From Spirochaetota bacterium (GTDB lineage Bacteria; Spirochaetota; UBA4802; UBA5550): a stretch of 64,000 nucleotides of DNA. Under the pieces are notes generated by a model. It made no database searches. It saw only the letters and a program-made list of their open reading frames with translations, and had not been told where the DNA came from. The DNA lies in assembly GCA_963663865.1 (NCBI GenBank), contig OY760686.1:2509730-2573729 (forward strand), given 5' to 3'. Of this stretch, positions 1-9,964 are shown piece after piece. The stretch's first letter is position 1; every line of letters begins with the position of its first letter. Position numbers and translations under genes: made by a program.

Positions 1-1
1 T

Positions 2-382
2 GCAATCGGCCGCCTTGGCTGTCATGTCTCCGGCGACGGGTGTTACGGCATTGCAACCAATTCGTTCATCGGAACCGCTTACCCCAACGGGATAGTGCCC
101 ACAAGCACTGTCGTCCTGCCGACACCTCTTATCGAATCTCTAATGGCATTTATCTTTGTTTTTCTGCTTCTTCAACTTAGAAAGCGGGATTTTACGAGGG
201 GATTTCTATTCTTCTTATACCTTATTCTTAACGGAGCGGCGCGTTTCCCGATAGAGTTCTTCCGACTCAACCCTCCAGCGGCTTTCGGCTTAACACAGGC
301 CCAGATTGTGGCAATTTTCTTCATGCTTACCGGTCTGATCGGAATTATGACGATCAGGATAGTGAACAAGCCTTTAAAATAA
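2..382 (+). CDS. lgt: Prolipoprotein diacylglyceryl transferase (Lgt), C-terminal part; the 5' end lies outside the window
   Basis: The reading frame is open from window position 2. The translation contains an Lgt-like hydrophobic C-terminus (…GAARFPIEFFRLNPP…GLTQAQIVAIFFMLTGLIG…). Confidence 0.6.
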   Translation, partial: AIGRLGCHVSGDGCYGIATNSFIGTAYPNGIVPTSTVVLPTPLIESLMAFIFVFLLLQLRKRDFTRGFLFFLYLILNGAARFPIEFFRLNPPAAFGLTQAQIVAIFFMLTGLIGIMTIRIVNKPLK

Positions 383-411
383 AAAAAACGGCCGAAAGGC
401 CGTTTTTTTTT
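381..411. terminator. Bidirectional rho-independent terminator between convergent lgt and rpmE
   Basis: The sequence is A8-CGGCCGAAAGGCCG-T10. A GC hairpin is flanked by an A-run and a T-run, which suits termination in both directions. Confidence 0.8.
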
Positions 412-612
412 CTACTTGATATTGTACTTCTTTTTGAATTTCTCAACACGTCCTGCGGTATCAACCAACTTCTGCTTCTTGGTGTAGAAGGGATGACAGT
501 TTGAGCATATCTCAACGTGGAGGTCTTTCACAGTAGAGCGCGTCTTTATCTCATTACCGCACGCACACTTAATGACGGTTTCCTCATATTTCGGATGGAT
601 TCCTTCCTTCAT
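412..612 (-). CDS. rpmE: 50S ribosomal protein L31 (zinc-ribbon type)
   Basis: The 66-aa product [21 protein letters not shown]…[13 protein letters not shown] is a canonical L31 sequence with CxC…CxxC. Confidence 0.9.
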   Translation of the reverse strand: MKEGIHPKYEETVIKCACGNEIKTRSTVKDLHVEICSNCHPFYTKKQKLVDTAGRVEKFKKKYNIK

Positions 613-633
613 GACGATTCTCCTCTTGATTCC

Positions 634-2046
634 CTATGAATTCATTGCCTTAAAAAAGGCCTTATTGTTCTTTGTTGCCCTCATCTTGTCAATTAAGAGC
701 TCCATTGCCTCTGTAGAGCTGAGTGAAGACAGCGCCTTCCTTAATACCCATAATTTATTGAGTTCTTCCTCGTCAAGCAGTAATTCTTCTTTCCTTGTGC
801 CGGACTTATTAATGTCTATGGCGGGGAAAATCCTCCTGTCTGAAAGCTTCCTGTCCAGATGAAGCTCGCAGTTTCCAGTTCCCTTAAACTCCTCAAAGAT
901 TACCTCATCCATACGGCTTCCGGTATCAATAAGAGCTGTGGCGAGTATTGTCAGGCTTCCACCTTCTTCAATGTTCCGCGCGGCTCCGAAGAATCTCTTC
1001 GGTTTATGCAGAGCATTAGAGTCAACACCACCTGATAGTATTTTCCCGCTTGTGGGAACAACTATATTGTAGGCCCTCGCCAGCCTGGTGATTGAATCCA
1101 AAAGAATAACAACGTCCATCTTTCTTTCGACAAGACGTCTGGCCTTTTGTATTACCATCTCAGCTACCTGAACATGCCTGCTGGCCTGCTCGTCAAAGGT
1201 TGAAGATACTACCTCTCCCCTTACTGATCTCTGCATATCGGTAACCTCTTCAGGCCTCTCATCGATGAGCAGAACAATCAGGTAAACCTCAGGGTGATTT
1301 GATGTGATAGCATTGGCTATTTCCTGCATGAGAACAGTCTTTCCTGTCCTTGGCGGAGCAACGATAAGAGCTCTCTGTCCTTTCCCTATGGGAGTAAAGA
1401 GATTCATTATACGCATCTCGATTTTATCGCCGGTTGTTTCAAGATTGATTCTTTCTTCAGGATAGAGGGGAGTAAGGTTGTCAAAAAGTACTCTTTTGTG
1501 CAGATTTTCAGGATTTTCAAAGTTTACGGCCTCTATCCTGAGCAGTGCGAAAAATCTTTCATTGTCCTTTGGAGGCCTTATCTGTCCCGCGATCGTATCA
1601 CCGGTCTTTAATTGGAAAAGCCTGATCTGCGAAGGCGATACATATATATCGTCGGGCCCTGGAAGATAGTTGTAGTTTGGAGACCTCAGAAATCCATATC
1701 CATCGTTGAGAATCTCAAGTACACCGCTCGCAAAGATAAGTCCTTTCTGCTCTGTCTGTGATTTCAGAATCTCAAATATCAGATCCTGCTTTTTAAGCCC
1801 TGAAACCCTCTCAGCGCCCATTTCCCTGCCAAGCTGCGCAAGCTCGGAGATTGTTTTACCTTTCAACTCTGCGAGGTCGAGCCTTGGCCCGCTTACCTGC
1901 TCAGGGGTGATTATTTGATCTTCAATGCTTCCGGCTGTATTTTCAGCGCTGTTATCCGCTGAGCTTAATCCGGAATTCGCGGATGAATTCCTGCCGTTGG
2001 CACTCCGGGCCCTTGGTCCGGCACCGTTGTTCTCTGATCTTGCCAT
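634..2046 (-). CDS. rho: Transcription termination factor Rho, with a roughly 50-aa low-complexity N-terminal extension
   Basis: The 470-aa product has a Rho N-terminal RNA-binding domain followed by a RecA-like ATPase (…[20 protein letters not shown]…[13 protein letters not shown]…[22 protein letters not shown]…). Confidence 0.95.
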   Translation of the reverse strand: MARSENNGAGPRARSANGRNSSANSGLSSADNSAENTAGSIEDQIITPEQVSGPRLDLAELKGKTISELAQLGREMGAERVSGLKKQDLIFEILKSQTEQKGLIFASGVLEILNDGYGFLRSPNYNYLPGPDDIYVSPSQIRLFQLKTGDTIAGQIRPPKDNERFFALLRIEAVNFENPENLHKRVLFDNLTPLYPEERINLETTGDKIEMRIMNLFTPIGKGQRALIVAPPRTGKTVLMQEIANAITSNHPEVYLIVLLIDERPEEVTDMQRSVRGEVVSSTFDEQASRHVQVAEMVIQKARRLVERKMDVVILLDSITRLARAYNIVVPTSGKILSGGVDSNALHKPKRFFGAARNIEEGGSLTILATALIDTGSRMDEVIFEEFKGTGNCELHLDRKLSDRRIFPAIDINKSGTRKEELLLDEEELNKLWVLRKALSSLSSTEAMELLIDKMRATKNNKAFFKAMNS

Positions 2047-2230
2047 AGAAAACCTTTACTAAATTTTTTATTGTGAAAATGACGTAACTATCCAGATTAA
2101 TCTTGAAAATCGGTCAATTTCGGATATTAAATAATTGTGGCTTGGAGAAGAAAATAGAATTTTTCTAACAAGGCATTATCCAACCAGGATAGACCGATGT
2201 CAAGAATTTTAAACATTTTTACTACAATAA

Positions 2231-3241
2231 TTATTTGCTGGATTTCTTCATGTGCTTATCGGATTCAGGCAGCTCTATCCCGGATTTCCTGATCTTGCTC
2301 ATCAGCGACTGTCTGCTCAGGGAAAGCTCATCAGCAGTCTTTTCAATAGATCTGGTTTTATTCAGAAGTCCTGCAATCAGCTGCCGCTCCGTCGCGCTCA
2401 GTATCTCGCCAAGTGACATTCCCCGGACATCGGTGCCTGGGATCAGGGGCATCATGCCGTCTGGCTCATGGTTTTCACAGAATATTAGAAACCCGACCTT
2501 CTTTCCAGAGCTTATCATCGGAATTCTTTCATAAAAGAAGTTCAGGCTGCTGTTGAAAAAAAACAGGTCGCTGTCGCCCTTCGATGATACTACCTCATTA
2601 GTCTCAGCTGAAGATATCGCTTTCTCAACAAAGGTAGAATCTACATCTTTCCCGACATTTTTTTGATACAACTCCTCAAAGTGGCTGTTGTAAAATATGG
2701 TTTTACCGTTTTCGTTAACAGCGTAAAGGGCTCTTGGAATATGTTCAAGAATCAGGTATATCATCCATTCGAGTGTCTGATCACCGTTCGGCTGTTCTTT
2801 GCCGGACTCGTGAATGTCAGCGGACTCGGCTCTGCCCTCAGACTCGGTAAAAAGCCTGATTCTGGACCAGCTCTCCTGAACCTCGCCGAATATATTAACC
2901 GCAATAAACTCTTTAATCCTTCCAAAGGGCAAGAGCTCTTCGAAAGTCATTTTTTTTGCCAGCGAGGTTATAAAATCGTCAACCTTAACATTTTCGACTC
3001 TGCTGATATCGCTCAGCTCAGATATCACATCGTCTTTTTTGAGTATCCCTATAAGAACTCCCCTTTTAGAGACCACGGGAATTAAAGGCTGATCATGCGT
3101 GTAAAACAGCCTTACAACGTCCTCAGGTTTCTTTGTCTCACGCGCGTAGGGGTTCTCGCCAAATTCAATTGTATCGTCTTCAGCATTACTGACATCAGCA
3201 GCTTGAGCTGCTTCAAGCTTTTCTACACTGTCATTCATCAC
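2231..3241 (-). CDS. CBS-pair / PAS-like / Fis-type HTH transcriptional regulator
   Basis: The N-terminus carries CBS-like segments (VVSKRGVLIGILKKDDVI…). The C-terminus reads …SATERQLIAGLLNKTRSIEKTADELSLSRQSLMSKIRKSG, which is a Fis/NtrC-type HTH_8. The gene overlaps the dapB stop by 4 bp. Confidence 0.55.
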   Translation of the reverse strand: MMNDSVEKLEAAQAADVSNAEDDTIEFGENPYARETKKPEDVVRLFYTHDQPLIPVVSKRGVLIGILKKDDVISELSDISRVENVKVDDFITSLAKKMTFEELLPFGRIKEFIAVNIFGEVQESWSRIRLFTESEGRAESADIHESGKEQPNGDQTLEWMIYLILEHIPRALYAVNENGKTIFYNSHFEELYQKNVGKDVDSTFVEKAISSAETNEVVSSKGDSDLFFFNSSLNFFYERIPMISSGKKVGFLIFCENHEPDGMMPLIPGTDVRGMSLGEILSATERQLIAGLLNKTRSIEKTADELSLSRQSLMSKIRKSGIELPESDKHMKKSSK

Positions 3242-4032
3242 AATCCAAGCACATCAAACATATTGTACAGCCCGGGCCCCATGCCTTCAAGGTATTCGGC
3301 GGCGAGTACAGAACCCCTGGCATAGGTGGATCTGTTGGATGAGCGGACAGTGAGCTCAAGACGCTCACCTTCACCGGCCATGAAAACCGTATGCTCGCCC
3401 ACAATATCGGCAGCCCTCATTGACATCATTCCGATCTCTTTTGAGCTCCTCTCGCCGGTGAATCCTTCGCGGCCGTAAACGGCCTTCGCGTCAGCCATGC
3501 CCGGCATGCTGCCCTTAACTATCTCAAGAAGCTTATTCGCGGTTCCGGAAGGAGCGTCCTTCTTAAAGCGGTGATGGGCTTCGAAAATTTCAACATCAAT
3601 ATCCTCATTCATGGCCCTGGAAGCTATTTCGGTAAGCTTGAAAAGAATGTTTACACCAACCGACATGCTCGGAGACCAGACGACTGGAATCTTCGATGAA
3701 GCCTCAACAATTTTCTTTTTCTGTTCCTCACTGTATCCTGTCGTCCCGATTACCAGCGAACGGCCTGTTTCAATAAGAACAGGCAGAAGTTCCATGGTCG
3801 CCTCAGGGCTTGAGAAATCTATTAAGCAGCCGCAGTTTTCGACGGCCTCCCTTTCAACGGCGGAAACCCTGATTCCGGAAACATTTTTCCCTGAAACGGA
3901 GCTCACCTCCCTGCCGAAAAAAAGGCTGTCCCTGGAATCAAAGGCGGCTCCGAGCTCATGGTTTTTCTGAAGGACAACATCAAGTATTTCCTGCCCCATC
4001 CGTCCGCATATTCCGCATATTCCAATCTTCAT
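3238..4032 (-). CDS. dapB: 4-hydroxy-tetrahydrodipicolinate reductase
   Basis: The product begins MKIGICGICGRMGQEIL… with an N-terminal Rossmann GxxGxxG. Its length and motifs are DapB-like. It overlaps dapA by 4 bp. Confidence 0.85.
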   Translation of the reverse strand: MKIGICGICGRMGQEILDVVLQKNHELGAAFDSRDSLFFGREVSSVSGKNVSGIRVSAVEREAVENCGCLIDFSSPEATMELLPVLIETGRSLVIGTTGYSEEQKKKIVEASSKIPVVWSPSMSVGVNILFKLTEIASRAMNEDIDVEIFEAHHRFKKDAPSGTANKLLEIVKGSMPGMADAKAVYGREGFTGERSSKEIGMMSMRAADIVGEHTVFMAGEGERLELTVRSSNRSTYARGSVLAAEYLEGMGPGLYNMFDVLGL

Positions 4033-4919
4033 TTGATTTTAACTCCGTAATCCTCAAGGGCTTTTTTCAGTCTCTGTCTGTTCTCCGGCAAAATATCGGT
4101 CATCGGGAGCCTGAGGCTGCCGGAACAGAGCCCTGCCATCTCCATCGCGGCCTTTACCGGAATCGGATTTGTTTCGTAGAACATCGCCTTACAGAGAGGA
4201 AGCAGCCTGTAGAACATTTCCATTGCCTTCACCACATCGCCGCTCCGGTAATTGTCAACTATAGCCTTGACATCGGACGGTACGAGGTTCGACACTACGG
4301 AAACAATGCCTTTCCCGCCAACAGACAGCAGGGGCAGCAGCAGATTATCGTCGCCGGAGAGAACCGTAAGCCTGTCACCGCATAGACGGATAAGCTCCAT
4401 CATCTGAATGATATCCCCTGAAGCCTCTTTCACCGCGGCAATATTGTCCACCCTCTCCGTCAGTTCCTTAACGCTTTCGGGAAGAAAATTTACTCCGGTG
4501 CGCCCCGGTATATTGTAAAGTATGACAGGTATTCTGACAGCCCTCGCAACAGCCTCAAAATGCGCTATCAGCCCTTTCTGCGTCGGCTTGTTGTAGTAAG
4601 GATTCACCTGGAGGACAGCATCCACCCCGGCGTCCTGGGCTGAACGAGAAAGATGGACAGCCTCTGTCGTAGAGTTTGCTCCCGTTCCAGCTATTACTTT
4701 GACTCGCCCGTTTACTATTTTAACAACACGCTTAATCAGCTCCTCGTGCTCTTCGAACGACACGGTTGGAGACTCACCGGTTGTGCCCAGAGGGACAACT
4801 CCGTCAACACCGCCCCTTATCTGAATCTCGATAAGCTTTTCGAGCGTCTCATAGTCAATATCCCCCCCTTTAAAAGGGGTAACCATTGCGGTAAATACAC
4901 CTTCAAACATTTTTGTCAC
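4029..4919 (-). CDS. dapA: 4-hydroxy-tetrahydrodipicolinate synthase
   Basis: The product reads …FTAMVTPFKGGDIDYETLEKLIEIQIRGGVDGVVPLGTTGESPT…, the classical DapA N-terminus, at 296 aa. Confidence 0.9.
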   Translation of the reverse strand: MTKMFEGVFTAMVTPFKGGDIDYETLEKLIEIQIRGGVDGVVPLGTTGESPTVSFEEHEELIKRVVKIVNGRVKVIAGTGANSTTEAVHLSRSAQDAGVDAVLQVNPYYNKPTQKGLIAHFEAVARAVRIPVILYNIPGRTGVNFLPESVKELTERVDNIAAVKEASGDIIQMMELIRLCGDRLTVLSGDDNLLLPLLSVGGKGIVSVVSNLVPSDVKAIVDNYRSGDVVKAMEMFYRLLPLCKAMFYETNPIPVKAAMEMAGLCSGSLRLPMTDILPENRQRLKKALEDYGVKIK

Positions 4920-4922
4920 CTT

Positions 4923-5279
4923 TTATTTTTTGGTTACCGGCTTAAGAACCCTGTAAAGCCTGTCCCTGAAATAATCAACATTGAACTCTTCTTCCTTAAA
5001 ATCATCGCTGAATAGATACAGCACCAACACCCTCTCGGACTCAAGGCGCGTCTGATTTCTGTCATAAGCGTAGACCTTGACCCAGGAATCGCCGGATACA
5101 GTCAGTATCTTCACGAATGTGTTCTTCTTCAAAGAGCTTTTCCCGGAAGAAACATCCTGAAGAAGTACATAGTCCTGCTTCTCAAACTCAGTCAGAAGCG
5201 GAACATCATTTTCAGGAATAAACGTCTTACAGGAAACAGCCGCCATGGCTGTTATTATCAGCAAAAGAAATTTCTTCAT
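4923..5279 (-). CDS. Small lipoprotein of unknown function
   Basis: The product has a signal peptide with a lipobox (…ITAMAAVSC…) and no recognisable domain. Confidence 0.45.
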   Translation of the reverse strand: MKKFLLLIITAMAAVSCKTFIPENDVPLLTEFEKQDYVLLQDVSSGKSSLKKNTFVKILTVSGDSWVKVYAYDRNQTRLESERVLVLYLFSDDFKEEEFNVDYFRDRLYRVLKPVTKK

Positions 5280-5360
5280 ATTTTATAATAACCGGTTAGT
5301 ATAGTATATTTAAAAGAACAGCTCTTTCCCCGGCATGTCAAGGAATATTTGCGATACTCT

Positions 5361-6644
5361 TCACCCCTGTTGAAAAGTCTCTCTGGGCGGATTGTAATAT
5401 CCGAGCCTTATTTTGGGAAATTCCGCCCTTATCATATTTAGGAGCACAGCTGTTCCCAGCGGCTCCGAATCTTCAAATCCGATACTGTCGAGGTAGTAAT
5501 CAGGATCAATATTGAGATTCCGCGTTTGAATCATATTCACGGGAAATCTTCGCAGAAAAGCTAAAAGTTTCTCCGCCTCCGCAGCCGAGTCAGTAAATCC
5601 GGGAAGAAAGAAAAGGTTTAGAGATGTGAAAATACCCGCAGAAAGCGCGGTTTCGATCGTACGATAAACATCACTCAGGGCATAATTCACGGGCGAATAG
5701 TATCTGTTGTAATAATCCGGATCAGGCGAGTTCATGCTGACTCTTATGGAATCAAGTCCGGCGTCAATCATCATTTTGACTGCTTCAGGTATAGAACCAT
5801 TGGTGTTTATATTGATTGTTCCCGAGGATGTCTCCTTCCTGACCATGGATATTGCTTCCGCGAGATCCCTTCCACGCATAAGCGGCTCGCCCTCACATCC
5901 CTGCCCGAAGCTTGCAACGGCCCGGTCGACCCTTCTAAAGTGATGTAGGATAAGGCCGGCTATCTCTTCGGGAGCAGGTTTGAAATTCAGTCTGGGCTGC
6001 GACTCCGGGAAAGGCCCTCCCTCGTTCTGGTGCGAAAGGCAGCCGAGACACCTGGCATTGCATGCGGGAGAAGTAGGCACTGGAGCCTCGTATCTGGAGA
6101 GAAAGAAGTTCCTCGCGCAGAGACAGCCGTACTCGCGGCTGCAGGTCGAAAGCTGCCTGACAAGCCGGTTTTCAGGATACATCCCGCGAACCTCATCTAT
6201 AGCCAGATCAAGCTCTTCGTGGTTCTCGTGGATCGCGGGGTCAGACCTGACATCTTCGTCAATGCGCACCGCGGGAACAAGAAATTCCCCGTCCTCAGAA
6301 ACCGCAACCCCCGCGTAAGCCCACATCGGCAGCGGCCTGCCCCCCGCTTCCGGGACATAGGCAGGCAGAAAGGTCCTGAGATAGGCGCTCGACAGAAAAG
6401 CTGACACCCCCCATATTTTTCTTCCGTACATATCGCGCTTTACCGGCTTAAATGAGCCCCCCTTCGCGGCCGAGACGGGGGCCCTGTCAGGAAGCGAAAA
6501 CAGATAGCTCCCGTACGGAAGACTGATAAGCTCACCCCTCTCTGGCACAACAAAGCTTCTGCCTGTCCTGAAGGCGGCCTCAGCAGACTCGTGTTCATAA
6601 ACAGTGCCCTTTTTATCCGAATAGAGCATCATAAGTTTATCCAT
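5361..6644 (-). CDS. Radical SAM domain protein with an N-terminal domain of unknown function
   Basis: It has a CxxxCxxC motif (SPACNARCLGC) followed by a glycine-rich stretch. The fold looks like a TIM-barrel-type radical SAM enzyme. Confidence 0.55.
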   Translation of the reverse strand: MDKLMMLYSDKKGTVYEHESAEAAFRTGRSFVVPERGELISLPYGSYLFSLPDRAPVSAAKGGSFKPVKRDMYGRKIWGVSAFLSSAYLRTFLPAYVPEAGGRPLPMWAYAGVAVSEDGEFLVPAVRIDEDVRSDPAIHENHEELDLAIDEVRGMYPENRLVRQLSTCSREYGCLCARNFFLSRYEAPVPTSPACNARCLGCLSHQNEGGPFPESQPRLNFKPAPEEIAGLILHHFRRVDRAVASFGQGCEGEPLMRGRDLAEAISMVRKETSSGTININTNGSIPEAVKMMIDAGLDSIRVSMNSPDPDYYNRYYSPVNYALSDVYRTIETALSAGIFTSLNLFFLPGFTDSAAEAEKLLAFLRRFPVNMIQTRNLNIDPDYYLDSIGFEDSEPLGTAVLLNMIRAEFPKIRLGYYNPPRETFQQG

Positions 6645-6648
6645 TTTA

Positions 6649-7665
6649 TCAGCAGACTCCAGTTTTTATCTTTTCAAATTCGGCGGCGCAGGCAATAAGT
6701 TCGTCAGGAAAATCGGGCCTGTTTTCCCAGGCAATGACGCGGCCGTGTTTTTTCTTCTTATCGTCCTTCAAATCGGAAAGCGGAATTCCAGAGCAGTCTA
6801 AAAGCAATGGAACTTCGCCGCCATCGCACTCCCCGTGCGAGCCATATGGCACCACCATGAAATCAACCAGCTTACACTCGTCAGAGCTCTGACAGCCGTT
6901 CTTCCCCACGCGGACACCCCGCAGTAGGCCCGGCGGGAGAACCGTCAGCATCCCTTTCAGCGGATAATCATCATCCCCCAGAACCACACCGGCCGAGCCT
7001 GTCATCGCGGCAAGCTCGGGACGACTTCCGAAAAGCAGACTCAGACCGCTCTTCCGCATCTCGTCTGAAGTGACGGAGGCTTCAGCAAAAGCCTCTTTAC
7101 GGGGCAGTTCGGCTTTGTATAACAACGCCGGCACTCCCGCCTTCACCGCGGTTGATGCGATGAGAGATAAACCTGATGAATCAATATCACGGGAGGTTAT
7201 GCTGACGACTATTGCTTCATTCAGCTTTTGCGCCAAGCCACCGCGCACAAGGGCAAACCCGGACTCCCTTTGCAGAGAATAAATTCTGAATCTCAGCTCT
7301 TCAAAACGCGCGGAGGACAGCCCCGCCCCTGCAAAAGACGGAAGCTTTGAGAGCTCCTCAAGGCTTCTGAGAGACTCGGCCGCGCGGCTGATGTTTGCAG
7401 TAAAAAGCTCAATCAACCCGGCCCGCTTTGTCTCCGAGTCAATATCGTAAAACTTCTGACCGTCTGCAGCCACATCCCTGGCCTCAAGAAACATAAAGCG
7501 GTTCACCGCCGATGAAGCCTCCCTGAGGTCATGTCTCATTTCCTTGAAGCTCGCCGAGAGGCGGCTTCGCGCCGCGAACCTCAGTATATCCTCGCAAACC
7601 CTGATTCCCTCCATTGCCCGGTTAAGGCAGGCATCAAAAGCCCTGTATGCCCCGCGCTCTTCCAT
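6649..7665 (-). CDS. Hypothetical protein, possibly thiamine-phosphate-synthase-like (TMP-TENI fold); the call is weak
   Basis: The ORF-track start at 7758 would overlap rsmE by 90 nt. The ATG at 7665 (MEERGAY…) sits 2 nt after the rsmE stop and is preferred. Only weak local resemblance to ThiE motifs was seen. Confidence 0.35.
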   Translation of the reverse strand: MEERGAYRAFDACLNRAMEGIRVCEDILRFAARSRLSASFKEMRHDLREASSAVNRFMFLEARDVAADGQKFYDIDSETKRAGLIELFTANISRAAESLRSLEELSKLPSFAGAGLSSARFEELRFRIYSLQRESGFALVRGGLAQKLNEAIVVSITSRDIDSSGLSLIASTAVKAGVPALLYKAELPRKEAFAEASVTSDEMRKSGLSLLFGSRPELAAMTGSAGVVLGDDDYPLKGMLTVLPPGLLRGVRVGKNGCQSSDECKLVDFMVVPYGSHGECDGGEVPLLLDCSGIPLSDLKDDKKKKHGRVIAWENRPDFPDELIACAAEFEKIKTGVC

Positions 7666-7667
7666 GC

Positions 7668-8390
7668 TCAACTCCACTCGTAGACTATGACAGACAGAAG
7701 GGCCAGAGCCGCGGTTTCGGCACGAAGCTGCGTGAATCCGAAGTTGAGGACCTGCCATCCGCCATCTGCCGCTTCATTGATCTCACGTCTTGAGAATCCG
7801 CCCTCGGGGCCGACAAGAAGCGAGACCCTGCCGGCGCCAGCAGGCCGCCCGGAGAGGCCGTCCCTGAACAATTTATCGGCTCCGGGATGTCCGATAATTC
7901 TGACATCCGATGAGTCGTGCTTTACAGCCTCCTCAAAAGACACAGGCGCGGCGACCTCGGGGATGTTAAGCCTTCCTGACTGCTTGGCCGCCTCGTGTGC
8001 TATGCGGTTCCACCGCGTCAGCCTGTTTGTCAGGCTGCCGTCCGGTGAAGGGACCGTCCTCTCGGTGATTATCGGAACAACTCGTGATACGCCGATCTCA
8101 ACAGACTTCTGTATAGCCAGCTCAAAGTTTTTCGACTTCAGCAGGGCCATGTACAGCACTATCTCAAGCCCCGGGGCTTCCGCCTGCTCCGCCTCTATGA
8201 ATCGAGCGCTGATGCTGATGCTTCCGACATCGACGACTTCTGCTTTCCATCTTTTCTTTTCAGTTGTCACCACGCTGATTACGTCTCCACTCCTCACTCT
8301 GCGAACCCTCGCAAGATGCCGAAAATCATCACCAGAGATAGAAAAGAGAGCGCCCGGGCTCCCTCCTTCGTTTATCATAAAAACAGGCAT
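7668..8390 (-). CDS. rsmE: 16S rRNA (uracil1498-N3)-methyltransferase RsmE (SPOUT family)
   Basis: The 240-aa product has a PUA-like N-terminus and a SPOUT C-terminus (…LLVGPEGGFSRREI…). Confidence 0.8.
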   Translation of the reverse strand: MPVFMINEGGSPGALFSISGDDFRHLARVRRVRSGDVISVVTTEKKRWKAEVVDVGSISISARFIEAEQAEAPGLEIVLYMALLKSKNFELAIQKSVEIGVSRVVPIITERTVPSPDGSLTNRLTRWNRIAHEAAKQSGRLNIPEVAAPVSFEEAVKHDSSDVRIIGHPGADKLFRDGLSGRPAGAGRVSLLVGPEGGFSRREINEAADGGWQVLNFGFTQLRAETAALALLSVIVYEWS

Positions 8391-9169
8391 CAGTCACCAA
8401 GCCTCTCCGGCCTGAAGATTTCGCTTTTAAAGCTGACATCTGTATCGAAGCCGTAAAATGACATTATGGAAACCGTTCCCCGGCGAATATTCATCATATC
8501 GTAGCGGACAGGCAGAGTCCTGCCACCCAGCTGAGCGGTTTTTGCGACCGTCATAAACTTGAATATCGCATTATCCCGGTCGTGAAAATCAATCCTCATC
8601 GGGAAAAAATCCTCCTTGCTGACGTAAAGCGTAAGCATTCCATAAAGCCCTGACCGAAACACTGGAACAAGCTTCAACCTGTAGGCGCGCCTTCCGCCAA
8701 TGGAAGCCTCTCCTTCTATGGAAGCGGTATAGTTGCTCTGAAGGTCATATCCCGATATATCTATAAAGTTAAAGTTTGTTCCGAGGACTTCATCGTACCT
8801 GTCTATCGCCATCTTATGGTATGTCATTCTGGAATGCGGAGCGTACACCCTTATGTCCTCACCTCCGAGGGTGTATAGCACCTTGAGCTGTTCCCCTCTG
8901 CCTCCGCCTGTGAATTTGAAAAGGGAATTCAGACCCGAAACACTGATTGAAAAATCAACCGATGATGAGCTTCCTTCCGGCCTTATATGACGAATCCTTC
9001 CTCTGGCCCTCCCGTCAGGATATTGCATTGTCCGGTCAACCCTGGCAAGAATTGCCTGTGCGGTCAGCTCAATCTCCCTTGAATTTTGAGCGCGCACCTC
9101 AACCCCCTCAAAAAGCAGAACAGAAACAGAAGCAACGCACAGCAGGGATCTCAACTTTATACGTCTCAA
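8390..9169 (-). CDS. LolA-like outer-membrane lipoprotein-sorting family protein (secreted)
   Basis: The product has a signal peptide and a beta-rich body. The motif …AYRLKLVPV…YGMLTLYVSKEDFFPMRIDFHD… resembles the LolA_like/DUF4292 family. Confidence 0.5.
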   Translation of the reverse strand: MRRIKLRSLLCVASVSVLLFEGVEVRAQNSREIELTAQAILARVDRTMQYPDGRARGRIRHIRPEGSSSSVDFSISVSGLNSLFKFTGGGRGEQLKVLYTLGGEDIRVYAPHSRMTYHKMAIDRYDEVLGTNFNFIDISGYDLQSNYTASIEGEASIGGRRAYRLKLVPVFRSGLYGMLTLYVSKEDFFPMRIDFHDRDNAIFKFMTVAKTAQLGGRTLPVRYDMMNIRRGTVSIMSFYGFDTDVSFKSEIFRPERLGD

Positions 9170-9418
9170 ATTCTCCTCCTAAAACCTTTACATGGACAAT
9201 TATAATTCATTTAGAGTTTTTTTCATCATCTTTTCCGGTTCTTCACACAAAAAGTTGAATATATACAAATTTATCCATCATTCGAACATTAAAATACAGG
9301 CCCGCCTTCGGACAAGCTTAAATACTGATTTTTTTAGTTTTTTTGCTCTAAATAAGTTTTTCGTTGATTTTCCAGGGGCTGTTTATAGCTTATATATGAT
9401 CAGCAGATCGTACAATTA

Positions 9419-9955
9419 GTGGACAAATTTATGGGAACTTCGGAAAATCTATATCTCGCAAACAGGGAAGAGTCAGCCATTTCAGTTACGCTGATCCCTT
9501 CGGTCGTGCGCGCGAAATGGGTTGAGGCTGGCAATACGGCGGACTTTATTGCAGATTTTTACAACCAGTGTTTCAACGACAGAAAGATCAGGGACATGAT
9601 ATCAACCGTACTGAATGAGCTTATTGAAAATGCCGTAAAATTCTCCGGCAGCGACAGCCTTCCTGTAAACGTTGAGAGCAACGCGACCGACAGCAGCATA
9701 GTTTTCCGTGTGACTAACAGCATTAAAGCGGAATCGCTCGATTCCCTGTACACGGCCTTCAACGACCTTGAAAGCTCCGATCTGGGCAAAACCTTCACAA
9801 GCAGAATAGAGAATCTCGATATGTCCGCGAACGGAGCCGGGATTGGCCTCATCCTTCTAAAAAAATTCTATAAAGTCAGAATTGGTCTTGTTGTGTATGA
9901 GTCGGCTGATGAGCTGATAAAAGTCACGGTTTCGGCTGAGATCCCGATCCATTAG
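9419..9955 (+). CDS. Standalone GHKL (HATPase_c) ATPase-domain protein, anti-sigma-factor/RsbW-like
   Basis: It has an N-box-like ELIENAVKFS and a G-box-like ANGAGIGLILLKKF. It is a paralog of the N-terminal half of the 48381..50051 protein. Confidence 0.5.
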   Translation: MDKFMGTSENLYLANREESAISVTLIPSVVRAKWVEAGNTADFIADFYNQCFNDRKIRDMISTVLNELIENAVKFSGSDSLPVNVESNATDSSIVFRVTNSIKAESLDSLYTAFNDLESSDLGKTFTSRIENLDMSANGAGIGLILLKKFYKVRIGLVVYESADELIKVTVSAEIPIH

Positions 9956-9964
9956 ACACGTTAT

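Noticed and set aside
2663-3085. 140-aa plus-strand ORF inside the CBS/PAS regulator gene
   Set aside because: It is antisense to a coding gene with a clear domain structure. It has no motifs.
6649-7758. Longer N-terminal extension of the 6649 gene (start at 7758)
   Set aside because: It would overlap the rsmE 3' end by 90 nt in another frame. An internal ATG at 7665 sits 2 nt after the rsmE stop.
7687-8415. 242-aa ORF on the plus strand, antisense to rsmE
   Set aside because: It lies entirely within a well-supported gene on the other strand. Its composition is low-complexity Ser/Pro/Arg-rich, typical of antisense frames. It has no RBS or domain signal.
9192-9419. 75-aa ORF in the AT-rich divergent intergenic region
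   Set aside because: The translation is low-complexity and AT-rich. The region is the likely promoter for two divergent genes.
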